A DNA stretch of 64,000 nucleotides from Candidatus Poribacteria bacterium (lineage in GTDB: Bacteria > Poribacteria > WGA-4E > PCPOR2b), in the NCBI GenBank assembly GCA_965116925.1, contig OZ220744.1:5440001-5504000 (forward strand), written 5' to 3'. Positions 38,937 through 48,083 of this stretch are shown in pieces (positions within the stretch are counted from its first letter, which is position 1; every line of letters starts with the position of its first letter). The translations under genes were made by a program, and so were the position numbers. Below the pieces are notes generated by a model. The model was given only the letters and a program-made list of their open reading frames with translations. It did not search any database and was not told the origin of the DNA.

Positions 38937-39839
38937 ATGAGACGTTTCTTATTTGCTGTATGTGTGATTTTATTTGCTATCGGAAGCACAGCGTGGGGGT
39001 GGTGGTCGGGAGGACACGGTATCCTGACGAAGGCAGCAGTTCAGGCATTGCCCGATGCGGTGCCGGAATTTTTCCGCAATGGAGAACGAATGATTGCTCA
39101 CTGTGCGTATGATCCAGATATAGCAAAGAATCGTGGGGCGCCCCATGTTAATAGTGCAGAACATCCAGAGCACTATCTCGATCTAGAACTTTTGAAGGGT
39201 AAGCCACTCCCGAAAAGCCGGTATGAGCTTATTCAGTTATGTACGGAATTGGGAATTAAGCCCGACAAGGTGGGTTTCGTGCCTTACGCCGTCGCTGAAT
39301 GGACAGAGCGTCTGGTCATCGCATTCGCCGAGCATCGGAAATGGCCCAACAATCCCCACATCCAGACCAAATGTCTGTTCTATGCCGGATTTATTGCCCA
39401 CTACGCACAGGATATGTGTCAACCCTTGCATCTGACAATTCATTTCGACGGTTGGAAACAGTCAGATGGTTCTGTCCTACATAAAGGAATCCATGAGAAA
39501 GTAGACGCACTTATCGAGTATTTAGAGTTTGATCCGTCGGCTCTGGCAAAAGATCAGGAGATTCAACCGCTAGAGGATCTGATGGCTGGTATTGTGGATG
39601 AGTTCCATGCGGGGTTTGCACTCCTTAACCGGGTGTATGAACTGGGGGAGAGTCTGCCATCCTTTCGAGACAAAGACTGGGAACGCGTCCCGGAAGTCGT
39701 CGATTTTGCGACTGAGCGTGCGCGTGAAGCTACACGTTTTACAGCTGCACTCTACCTGACAGCTTGGGAATTGTCGGATAAAATTAAGCTGGAGGGTTGG
39801 CTGAATCGGGCACAAGACGATGGGGAGACAACGCAATAA
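38937..39839 (+). CDS. Zinc-dependent phospholipase C / S1-P1 nuclease family, exported
   Basis: Signal peptide ending AWG, mature N-terminus W..GGH; HY.QDMCQPLH; GIHEK.D. Confidence 0.8.
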   Translation: MRRFLFAVCVILFAIGSTAWGWWSGGHGILTKAAVQALPDAVPEFFRNGERMIAHCAYDPDIAKNRGAPHVNSAEHPEHYLDLELLKGKPLPKSRYELIQLCTELGIKPDKVGFVPYAVAEWTERLVIAFAEHRKWPNNPHIQTKCLFYAGFIAHYAQDMCQPLHLTIHFDGWKQSDGSVLHKGIHEKVDALIEYLEFDPSALAKDQEIQPLEDLMAGIVDEFHAGFALLNRVYELGESLPSFRDKDWERVPEVVDFATERAREATRFTAALYLTAWELSDKIKLEGWLNRAQDDGETTQ

Positions 39840-39859
39840 TTAGAGGATCTCGTACTAAA

Positions 39860-39892
39860 AGAAACCGAGTTTTTGACAAGAACTCGGTTTCT
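39860..39892. repeat. Palindromic intergenic repeat AGAAACCGAGTT...AACTCGGTTTCT, copy 1
   Basis: Same 12-bp arms at 60851-60884. Confidence 0.8.
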
Positions 39893-39916
39893 AATACTTG
39901 CGTGAGGAATATTTGA

Positions 39917-41113
39917 ATGGCTGCGAATAAGATAGTTGATATACAGGTGTGTGAATTGCAACCGCCACCGCCGAGCGAAGAAGGAACGCCAGCCCGTCGC
40001 CCGTCTTGGGGGCATACATTTGTGCAGGCCACTCCCATGGACAGATTCGACCAACCGGTCCATCGACGGGGGCCGGGTGGATTGGTATGGGTTAAGGCCA
40101 TAGCTGATGACGGAACTTGGGGTTTGGGCCTTGCTGACACAGGTCACGTAGCGACGATACTTATTAAGGAATGTCTTGCGCCGTTAGTCATCGGGCAAGA
40201 GGTGGGGGCGATTGACCTTTGCAACGATTTGATGTGGCGCGGGACACTCGCCTTCGGCAATGAAGGCTTGACAGCACACGCTGTGGCTGGTGTGGATCTC
40301 GCGCTGTGGGATTTGTGGGGTAAAATCCTAGATCAGCCGGTCTACCGACTCGCTGGCGGACCTGCACGGCGCTCAATGGAGGTGTATGTAACCGGCAACG
40401 ATGTGGATTGGAGTATAGAGCTCGGATTCAAAAAGTTCAAGCTAGCGCGCCCCTATGGAGTCTACGATGGGCAGGCTGGAATTGATGGCACAGTGGAGCT
40501 AATCGCAAAGACCCGCGAATTGATCGGTCCCGAAGCGGATCTGATGCTCGACTGCTGGATGGCTTATGATGCCGATTACGCCGTGCAGATGTGCGAAGCC
40601 CTACGTCCCTACCGGATGCGGTGGATGGAGGAGATGTTAGTTCCGCACGATTGGAAAGGGTTAAAAGCCGTGCGTCAGCGTGTTCCATGGCAGACCCTTG
40701 CCACCGGAGAGCATTGGACAACGCGTTTGCCCGGCATGAGAGCGGTAGAGGAAAGTCTGATAGACCTCGTACAAGCAGACCTCCACTGGATCGGTGGTTT
40801 TACAGAAGCAATGAAACTGGCTCACTTTGCAGATGCAGCCGGCATTCCAATGTGCCTGCACACCGGTGCCAACAATCCTTATGGACAACACTGGACTGCC
40901 GCGATGCCTAACACACCGTTGATTGAACTCTTTCAGGCTTCGGCACCGGGTATACCGTTGGAGGAGTGTTACCTAGGTGCTTCCTCGGAGTCAGGCCGAC
41001 ACTGTTATCGAACCCCGCCGGGAACACGGATGCCGGTTGATGGCAAGTTAGGTCTACCCTCGGGACCTGGGTTTGGGCTTCAGGTGCCGGAGGAGTGGCT
41101 GCAACCGATTTGA
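39917..41113 (+). CDS. Enolase-superfamily (mandelate racemase/L-rhamnonate dehydratase-like) enzyme
   Basis: GVDLALWDL.GK, LMLDCWMA, WMEE, ATGEH. Confidence 0.88.
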   Translation: MAANKIVDIQVCELQPPPPSEEGTPARRPSWGHTFVQATPMDRFDQPVHRRGPGGLVWVKAIADDGTWGLGLADTGHVATILIKECLAPLVIGQEVGAIDLCNDLMWRGTLAFGNEGLTAHAVAGVDLALWDLWGKILDQPVYRLAGGPARRSMEVYVTGNDVDWSIELGFKKFKLARPYGVYDGQAGIDGTVELIAKTRELIGPEADLMLDCWMAYDADYAVQMCEALRPYRMRWMEEMLVPHDWKGLKAVRQRVPWQTLATGEHWTTRLPGMRAVEESLIDLVQADLHWIGGFTEAMKLAHFADAAGIPMCLHTGANNPYGQHWTAAMPNTPLIELFQASAPGIPLEECYLGASSESGRHCYRTPPGTRMPVDGKLGLPSGPGFGLQVPEEWLQPI

Positions 41114-41154
41114 CACAGCCCAACGCAGTCAAGAATTGGTAAAAGAGCGGTAAA

Positions 41155-42309
41155 TTATCTGCCCAAACGTTCAAACTCCGTTGAAAGCCAATCCCAATAG
41201 GGACGGGGCATCTCAGAGGGTGGATTTAATGCTGCTTCTCTGCGCCAATGGTGTAATGGATGCTCGCGGTTCTCTTGCGGGAGATCTACGCGCGTACCAT
41301 AAGCGGCAGACTCAAACACCCCCATTAACACCTCCAGCACACGACGCCCCTCCAATCCGCTGCATTCATGCTCCCGTCCTTCGTCCAAGGCCCGGACATA
41401 CTCCTCGACAAACCAGTAGTCTGCCTCTGCTGCACTGCCCCCCGGTTGGTAGCTGTCGGGATAGATTGACTCAAGGGCTTCCCATTGGTCATGCTCCCCG
41501 TCAGGGATAAAGTGGGGTTGGGGCAGCCACCACGCTTGGTCGCCTCGCCACATCAGACGTCCCTCACTGCCGTACAACTCCATCGCATAAGCGGAAGAAT
41601 CCATCTTATCAAAGCGATGCTGGAGGAGCGTTCCGGTCACGTTGTTATCAAATTGCAATGATGCCGTGATATGTTCACAGGCGATGGTCCCCATCCCGCT
41701 CGGTGATGGCACAATATCGTCCGGGGTGATTGGATGCCCGTCTGTTGTCGCTTGCGTAACCACGCTACGCGGACGCCCACCGAACCTGAGCATGTTGTTA
41801 ATCATGTGCGTCCCGATATTCATTAAGCCGTAGCCGCCGTAGTATCCCTTGCCGCTACCGTAGATGTATCGAAGTTCCCCGATTTTTCCTTCTTTGTATG
41901 CACGTCCAATCGCTTGCATTGATGCGCCAACCCGCCCTTGATGGTGCACAGCGGTTCTCACACCTTTCTCCTGCGCCCGCGCAATGACAGCATCCGCTTG
42001 GATCAAGTCGACGCACATCGGTTTTTCGACCTCAATGTTGACGCCGTGTTCCAGGACACGCATACACAGGTCATAGTGGAATTCTGTCCCTGTCGGGATA
42101 GCCACAATGTCCGGCTCCGTTTGGCGAATCATCTCGTCCAAGTCGGTGAAACGCGTAGACACGCCAACCTCATCTCCGAGCGTGTTCAACCGTTCTTCGA
42201 CGAGGTCGCAAAGCGCGACAATCTCTGTCCGTGGATGGGCATGATATGCCCTTGCTGCCGCCGTTCCACGTCCTCGACATCCTAAAATATTGACACGGTA
42301 CGTTTTCAT
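41155..42309 (-). CDS. Gfo/Idh/MocA family oxidoreductase
   Basis: MKTYRVNILGCRGRG, VEKPM; own SD (AAGGGGG) before ATG 42309. Confidence 0.88.
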   Translation of the reverse strand: MKTYRVNILGCRGRGTAAARAYHAHPRTEIVALCDLVEERLNTLGDEVGVSTRFTDLDEMIRQTEPDIVAIPTGTEFHYDLCMRVLEHGVNIEVEKPMCVDLIQADAVIARAQEKGVRTAVHHQGRVGASMQAIGRAYKEGKIGELRYIYGSGKGYYGGYGLMNIGTHMINNMLRFGGRPRSVVTQATTDGHPITPDDIVPSPSGMGTIACEHITASLQFDNNVTGTLLQHRFDKMDSSAYAMELYGSEGRLMWRGDQAWWLPQPHFIPDGEHDQWEALESIYPDSYQPGGSAAEADYWFVEEYVRALDEGREHECSGLEGRRVLEVLMGVFESAAYGTRVDLPQENREHPLHHWRREAALNPPSEMPRPYWDWLSTEFERLGR

Positions 42310-42873
42310 TTCTACCCCCTTGTTGAGCCTATTAATCTGAAATCTTAAAATTACCGCCCACGGTCTTTGTAAAATCCATTTTGCGTTTTTTGTGAGACTA
42401 ACCCCGGTATATGCCAATAGCCCTAAACACCCCAACCCAAAGATACCTACTAACCCCATCCACGCTGATAACAGCGCGAGGCTGAGTAAAAATACCCCCA
42501 ACAGCGTGCTCATATCAATAAATTTATCAACGAGTACCAGCGTGAACACTTCCAAACGTCGTTTCGGGAAACAGGCAGCTCGAACCAACTCACCCACACG
42601 AGCAGGGGTGAGCAATGCGGCTCCCATACCGATGAGAAAGGAGCGGAGTGCCACCGTGTAGGAGACTTGAGATTCGCTCGTCTGTAAGAGGTGATGCCAC
42701 TTGAGCACTTTGATCCATACAAACGGCAGCGTCAAGATACTCGCTATAAGCAGGATACTCCAGTTCGCTTGATGTTGAAAATTAGTAATCCGATGGAAAT
42801 CCAACCTATGGCATAACAGAGCAACTAGTACAACGGAGCCAACAATCGGCAAGAGCCATTTTGCTTTTTGCAT
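42310..42873 (-). pseudogene. 5' fragment of a lysylphosphatidylglycerol-synthase-TM / flippase-like (UPF0104) membrane protein reading in frame into the oxidoreductase
   Basis: KVLKWHHLL...LLTPARVGELVRA...VLVDKFID motif; only about 170 aa, then AT-rich junction. Confidence 0.6.
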
Positions 42874-42910
42874 ACCATAACATTTCCATGGTAGGTATCG
42901 GTCAAGCTAG

Positions 42911-44521
42911 CTATTTTACGATGACCATCCGTCGCGTCGCATGAAAGTCGCCTGCCCGCAGATGATAGTAGTAGATGCCGCTGGAGACCAATTCCCCATT
43001 ATCGCTTCGCCCGTCCCAATACGCCGCCGTTTCTTTCGTAAAATATGATCCCGCAGCTTGTGTACCTAGTTCAATCCGGCGAATACGATGTCCTTGAACA
43101 TTATAGATGTTGATGCTCACATTCGCCTCCCCCACAAGCTGATAGGGAATCCACGTTTCAGGATTGAAGGGATTGGGAAAGTTTTGGAGGAGTGCTGTCC
43201 GCTTCATATCGCCCAACGTCGTCGCTTTTAGAGAAATGGATTCTACCGGGCGCGGTGTTAGAAAATCCTCCCCAGTATCATAAACATAAACCGCACCCGA
43301 TGGATTGTGAGGCACACGGTGTAGATTATCTCCCGGTGCCCCGACGACGGCATAGGGACCTTTCCGAGCGATGGCAACCGAGCTGCCGTAAACGTCGCCC
43401 TCCCAAATTTTATGCGGCTCACCCTGGATTACACGTTTGGGCGTGAACCTCGCTTTCTCAGCCCATGTATCATCCTCCCGTCGAAAGGAGTAGACGGCCC
43501 CGGCATCTTGGTCAACACTATTTTCACGCGGTGCGCCGACGACTACCCGGTTGGTGTCAATATCAACTGCAAATCCGAATCTAGCATTTTCCTCCATATT
43601 ACCAGCACGCAGTCTCAGCTGCTTCGTCCATTTGTCCTCTTGGCGTGTGAAGATATACGCTGCGCCGGCCCGTTGTTGCTCATACGGTGCCCCGATAATG
43701 GCACGATTCCCACTGATCGCGACAGACCAGCCGAAGAGAGCACTGCCAGCACCCTTCGCCCACAACATCACCTGCCGTTTCCAGTGTTTTCCTTGGCGAA
43801 CATAGATAACGGCTGCACCACGGCTTTGAAATCCTCGGACGAACGGTATTCCAACGACAATAGTGTCTCTATCAATAGCAACAGACCAGCCAAACCTATC
43901 GGTTACCAACTCGCCAAAGAATGTTCGTTGTAGTTGAAACTCCCCCTGATCTCGCACATAGACATACACTGCCCCAATCTCTGGACCACTACCGTCACCA
44001 TGAAAAGGTGTTCCAACAACGAGGGTGTCCCCGCTCAGGTCAATGGCGAATCCAAATCGCTCTCCGTTTTTCGCATCCTTCGGTCTCAATTCTTGTTTCA
44101 GTAGGAAATCTTTTCCTGCACGCTGGTAGACGTATACAACACCAGAATCTTCCAAGAAGGCACTAGTGCCGTGAAGGGCTGTTCGAGCCCCAACAACAGC
44201 AGTGTCTCCATCAATGCAGACCGCTCCGCCGAACCAACCTCCTGGGTTCGGACGAGGTGTTTTGATGCGCGCTTGCTGGACCCATGCGTTCCCTTGGCGT
44301 GCGAAGATATAGGCTTCGCCATTCGTCTTGGCCGGTGCCCCAACGATTAGGGTGTCGCCACTGATGTCAACAGTGCCTCCAAAAGCATCAGGTCCCACTT
44401 CTTTCCGAAACACAATAGTTTCCTCGGCGTAGGTTGAGTGAAGCAGGCTAATACTAAAAATAAGAGTCAACACGAAAGTTAATCCCAAGCGAATCAATCG
44501 CGAATATTTGGGCACGGTCAT
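42911..44521 (-). CDS. Exported FG-GAP (integrin-alpha-like) repeat protein with C-terminal T9SS-type/FlgD-Ig-like domain
   Basis: About 7 FG.SVAI.GD..VVGAP repeats; LLQNFPNPFNPETWIPYQL...WDGR...SGIYYY...RRMVIVK. Confidence 0.88.
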   Translation of the reverse strand: MTVPKYSRLIRLGLTFVLTLIFSISLLHSTYAEETIVFRKEVGPDAFGGTVDISGDTLIVGAPAKTNGEAYIFARQGNAWVQQARIKTPRPNPGGWFGGAVCIDGDTAVVGARTALHGTSAFLEDSGVVYVYQRAGKDFLLKQELRPKDAKNGERFGFAIDLSGDTLVVGTPFHGDGSGPEIGAVYVYVRDQGEFQLQRTFFGELVTDRFGWSVAIDRDTIVVGIPFVRGFQSRGAAVIYVRQGKHWKRQVMLWAKGAGSALFGWSVAISGNRAIIGAPYEQQRAGAAYIFTRQEDKWTKQLRLRAGNMEENARFGFAVDIDTNRVVVGAPRENSVDQDAGAVYSFRREDDTWAEKARFTPKRVIQGEPHKIWEGDVYGSSVAIARKGPYAVVGAPGDNLHRVPHNPSGAVYVYDTGEDFLTPRPVESISLKATTLGDMKRTALLQNFPNPFNPETWIPYQLVGEANVSINIYNVQGHRIRRIELGTQAAGSYFTKETAAYWDGRSDNGELVSSGIYYYHLRAGDFHATRRMVIVK

Positions 44522-44569
44522 AAAACACCTCGCGTAATTTTAATTAACTCGACTCAAAAGAATATCCTA

Positions 44570-46123
44570 TCATTTTTCAGATCCGGTTGCTGAAATTGTC
44601 GCCACACCCGGTGCCTGTTTGGACAACGGAATAGCCGTAGCTCGCCAAGAATCCGGGGGAATATAGTGCTTGTAATCGCTAATTTTTCCGTGTGTCGCCG
44701 CATAGAACAGAAAATTCACACCCAGCCGCAGTGCCGATGGAATCGCATCAACCTTGTTCACACCTTTACCAGGAGCTTCCCAACCATTGTTATAATCATT
44801 ATAGCTGATGACAACAGCCAAGCGTCCATCCAACTCAAACGCAGTCATTGGAAAGGCAGGTCCTGCTTCGTGATTAGGATTTGGAGGCTGCCCGCCAAGC
44901 CGGAACGGTTGATTCCAGATAGGATGATCATTCGGAATCTGTTGCAGTTCTCTCCCGCCTGCCAAAAGGATAATCTCTCGAAACTGTGATCGCATGGAGT
45001 GTGCAAAACGTGCCGGCCTTCCATTTTCCATCTCATCATCGACAAAGATGAATCCTCGTTTTTCAACGAGGTAACGTGTGAGGTTCTGCTTCACCTCTGG
45101 ACGGAGACGAATCGCAGATCCTCCATTCAGATACAGCATCGGCGATTGAAGAATCTCAGGATCATCAATATAAGGTGCCCTACCGACGATGCGCCCTTTG
45201 ATACCCGTGTGGTCATACATCCATCGCATTAGATAGGGTAGAGCTGTCGGATCGAGATACAAAAGCGAGTTCACGTCCCGCTGTCGAAATCGCACATAAC
45301 AGATTTGGATGTGACCAGTCGGCAACCCGGTTCGGGGGTCAGTGTAAATGCAAGCACCTAATTCGTTGGGACGCATTGGGGGTACTAGCTCGTTCCCCAA
45401 CTGAATCCCGTTGATGACAGATTCCAACGCACTGGGTGTTGCAGCGGTAGTACCGATAAAGGATTGAAGTCCAACCGTTGGCGGAGACGGCTTCAACCGG
45501 ATACCCTCCGGCACCCCATTGCCACCCCGTCGGGGGCTATAACCTACCAGTCCTCCACCACCACCCGCACCGCCTGCAGCAAACGCGGAGAATGCTAAAG
45601 CACTAGGCGCATCAGAAGTTGGAAGATTCACATGAGTTACGACCTGCGGAATGGGTTGACTAGAGTCAACGATTCTAGGGCAATGTGGTTGTGGCTGGGA
45701 GTCAAGTTGAAGCGGACGGTTAGAAAATGTAATTTCTTTTTCGGTTGACATCGCAACGGCTCTGACATTTACTGCTATCGTGGTCCGAGGGGTGTGTTGG
45801 CGCGGTTCAGCGACAATTATTGAGTGTGTCGGAACAGTTGGCTGCGTAACAGTTTTCATTGGCGGTTTGAGATTTTTCGGTTTCGGAGGTGCTGAAGATT
45901 TGAGAAAGGTAACAGCCATAGATTCATCAGATGGTCGTATATTTGCTGCCAGAAAAGTGCTCAAAATTAACAGGATTACCCCGTGAACGATGAGTGATAC
46001 GATAAAGGCTTGAGATGTTGGTTTGAGAATTTTGAATCGTTTGGCAGATCTACAGAGTCGAAGTGAACCAATAGCAGATACTATGTGAATATGGGGCTGG
46101 GTTGTTTCATTATATGTAGCCAT
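44570..46123 (-). CDS. DUF4159 domain protein with N-terminal TM (SLIVH) and Pro-rich linker
   Basis: P.LYL.G, GFIFVDD, IPNDHPI, GVNFLFYA. Confidence 0.75.
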   Translation of the reverse strand: MATYNETTQPHIHIVSAIGSLRLCRSAKRFKILKPTSQAFIVSLIVHGVILLILSTFLAANIRPSDESMAVTFLKSSAPPKPKNLKPPMKTVTQPTVPTHSIIVAEPRQHTPRTTIAVNVRAVAMSTEKEITFSNRPLQLDSQPQPHCPRIVDSSQPIPQVVTHVNLPTSDAPSALAFSAFAAGGAGGGGGLVGYSPRRGGNGVPEGIRLKPSPPTVGLQSFIGTTAATPSALESVINGIQLGNELVPPMRPNELGACIYTDPRTGLPTGHIQICYVRFRQRDVNSLLYLDPTALPYLMRWMYDHTGIKGRIVGRAPYIDDPEILQSPMLYLNGGSAIRLRPEVKQNLTRYLVEKRGFIFVDDEMENGRPARFAHSMRSQFREIILLAGGRELQQIPNDHPIWNQPFRLGGQPPNPNHEAGPAFPMTAFELDGRLAVVISYNDYNNGWEAPGKGVNKVDAIPSALRLGVNFLFYAATHGKISDYKHYIPPDSWRATAIPLSKQAPGVATISATGSEK

Positions 46124-46365
46124 TTCCTCGACCCTCAAAAATTGTTATGCACTTCACCGCATAAAAAAATCGAGTCAATTTCTGTCATGAATTTTGCCAT
46201 GTAGGTTCTTTATCGATTATATTTGCGATATGCCATACCAAAGAGACACAGAGAGCACAGAGATTTTTGGTTCATTAATCCACTGGTTTACTGGCGACCT
46301 GTCAATGAACTAATGAACTCATCGTTGTTTTTCTCCGCGTCTCTGCGGTAGGTTCTATTATAACT

Positions 46366-47499
46366 TCAACCTCCGGTAATTTTGTAACTCAGAATCGTCA
46401 CAAATAGATATGCAGCAATAAGTATGACACCAAACGGACGCTTCAACCTGTCGCCCGAAACAAATATACCGACACGAAAAACGATTAAGATAAATAGCAT
46501 CAGTGGGAAAAGTAGACGGAAAAAGTGCGTTGGTGCCTCCAGCCCACCGCCTGTAACCGCAGCGGCCGCACCAGCGACAAACAGTACGTTGAGGATATCG
46601 GCACCGATAACGTTTCCTACCGCAAGTGCGCCATGTCCTCTCCTTGCAGCAGTCACTGCGGTTACAAATTCTGGCAGAGAGGTTCCGAACGCCACCAATG
46701 TAGCGGCAATGATGCTCTCTGGAACTTTCACCCTTTCAGCGACAATTTTAACCGCTGGAATCAGAACCGATGACGAAGCAACCACTAATAAGATACCGAA
46801 CAGTAACTTGACGACGACAAGCACCGTATTAGCAGATTCGTCGTGGGCATGTTCTACTTCCATTGTGCTGTCGCTGTCGGCATCGCGCGACCAACGAATC
46901 GACTGCCACATATAAGCGGCAAGTAGGATCAGAAAAACAAAACCCATTACCTGTGGGAGACGACCGCCCTCCGAAAAGGTTGTTCCCAATGAACCGAAAG
47001 GCAGACAGGCGATTACCAACAGGAACCCCGCTCCCAGTTGCAGCCAACCTTGGCGATTGACAATTTTCCGATTGAGCGGCAGGGGAGCAATCAGCGCAGC
47101 AGTACCGAGAATCAGCCCGGTGTCGCAGATGATTGATCCAACTGCATTCCCAAGAGCGATATCCGGATCGCCTTGAACAGCGGCGAAAACGGAAACCGCG
47201 GCTTCGGGTGTCGTTGTCCCCAGACTCACAATTGTCGCTCCGATAAGCGTCTGCGGGATGCCCCATCGAGTCGAGAGCGTAACCGCTTCATCAACCAGTA
47301 TATCAGCCCCTTTTCCGAGGAGATAAAGGGTGATCGCGATGATGACAAAGAGCCAGATGGTGTGAAGATTCCCAAGCTTGGATTCGAGCCAGCCTTCTAA
47401 CCCGTGAGGGGTGTCTGCGTCGCCAGAGTCACCAAAAGCAGCAAAACTAAAAACAATGACTACAAAGATTAAACAAAAGAGTAATTTACGTTTCATCAT
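46366..47499 (-). CDS. Calcium/sodium antiporter (YrbG/CaCA family)
   Basis: Alpha repeats GTTTPE...GNAVGS and GTSLPE...GNVIGADI. Confidence 0.92.
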   Translation of the reverse strand: MMKRKLLFCLIFVVIVFSFAAFGDSGDADTPHGLEGWLESKLGNLHTIWLFVIIAITLYLLGKGADILVDEAVTLSTRWGIPQTLIGATIVSLGTTTPEAAVSVFAAVQGDPDIALGNAVGSIICDTGLILGTAALIAPLPLNRKIVNRQGWLQLGAGFLLVIACLPFGSLGTTFSEGGRLPQVMGFVFLILLAAYMWQSIRWSRDADSDSTMEVEHAHDESANTVLVVVKLLFGILLVVASSSVLIPAVKIVAERVKVPESIIAATLVAFGTSLPEFVTAVTAARRGHGALAVGNVIGADILNVLFVAGAAAAVTGGGLEAPTHFFRLLFPLMLFILIVFRVGIFVSGDRLKRPFGVILIAAYLFVTILSYKITGG

Positions 47500-47769
47500 C
47501 TCCTCATTATGATTTTTTATAGAGTGCCAGAGACAGAAGCAGCCTCTGATTCATAGTAGCACAATCAATTGGACTACCACGGCTGTTGTCGATCTTATCA
47601 CAAAGCCAGATTAAAAGTCAACTTTTTTCACTAAAGTCATTTGCCCCCATTTTTTTTAAGGGGTTTTATTGTGCTTGGCATTGTGAGGGATATGTGTGAG
47701 AAAGGCTTGTGATATATAATAAAATACCTCCTTACTTCAAACACGCATTGTTTAGAGCAAGGAGGTATT

Positions 47770-47931
47770 ATGAAAGGAAAACAATCCCAAAAACAGGTGA
47801 ATCCCACCCCTATGATAACCATTATCACCGAGATTTTCAAGCCTGTTTTGAAAAAGCCGGCACTAAAAAACGTGATACCCACTCTCATAGCCATAGCCTT
47901 GTCTAATAGGACTATTTATAGTAGATCTTAG
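47770..47931 (+). pseudogene. 53-codon ORF, probable 5' remnant of an IS transposase cut by a MITE
   Basis: MKGKQSQKQVNPTPMITIITEIFKPVLKKPALKNVIPTLIAIALS...; SD AAGGAGGT locked in hairpin 47723-47769; ORF ends inside the MITE's left end. Confidence 0.45.
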
Positions 47932-48020
47932 AATTAATGGGACACTCCAAACCGGTGCGGGGGAAAACCGCACCTACCGGGGGGCGAAAGTGTCTATTTA
48001 TTTTTAGAATTCACTATAAA
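47915..48020. mobile_element. MITE-like element (106 bp) with imperfect terminal inverted repeats and internal GTAG-type hairpin
   Basis: Left TTTATAGTAGATCTTAGAATTAATGGGACACT vs reverse complement of right end TTTATAGTGAATTCTAAAAATAAATAGACACT; internal GGTGCGG-N7-CCGCACC(TAC). Confidence 0.65.
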
Positions 48021-48046
48021 TGACCCTAACCGCTAAAAAATAGATC

Positions 48047-48075
48047 TTGACAAATTGATCACGGGTGTCTATAAT
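48047..48075 (+). promoter_or_regulatory. Consensus sigma70 promoter of chrA (leaderless)
   Basis: TTGACA-17-TATAAT ending 8 nt before ATG 48084; no SD. Confidence 0.75.
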
Positions 48076-48083
48076 CGAAAAGT

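Noticed and set aside
46224..46240. Possible sigma54 promoter TGGTAT...TCGCA upstream of the DUF4159 gene
   Set aside because: GG-GC spacing is 11 nt rather than the required 10
47500..47600. Cation riboswitch upstream of the Ca/Na antiporter
   Set aside because: Only weak hairpins; no yybP-ykoY or other motif I could recognise
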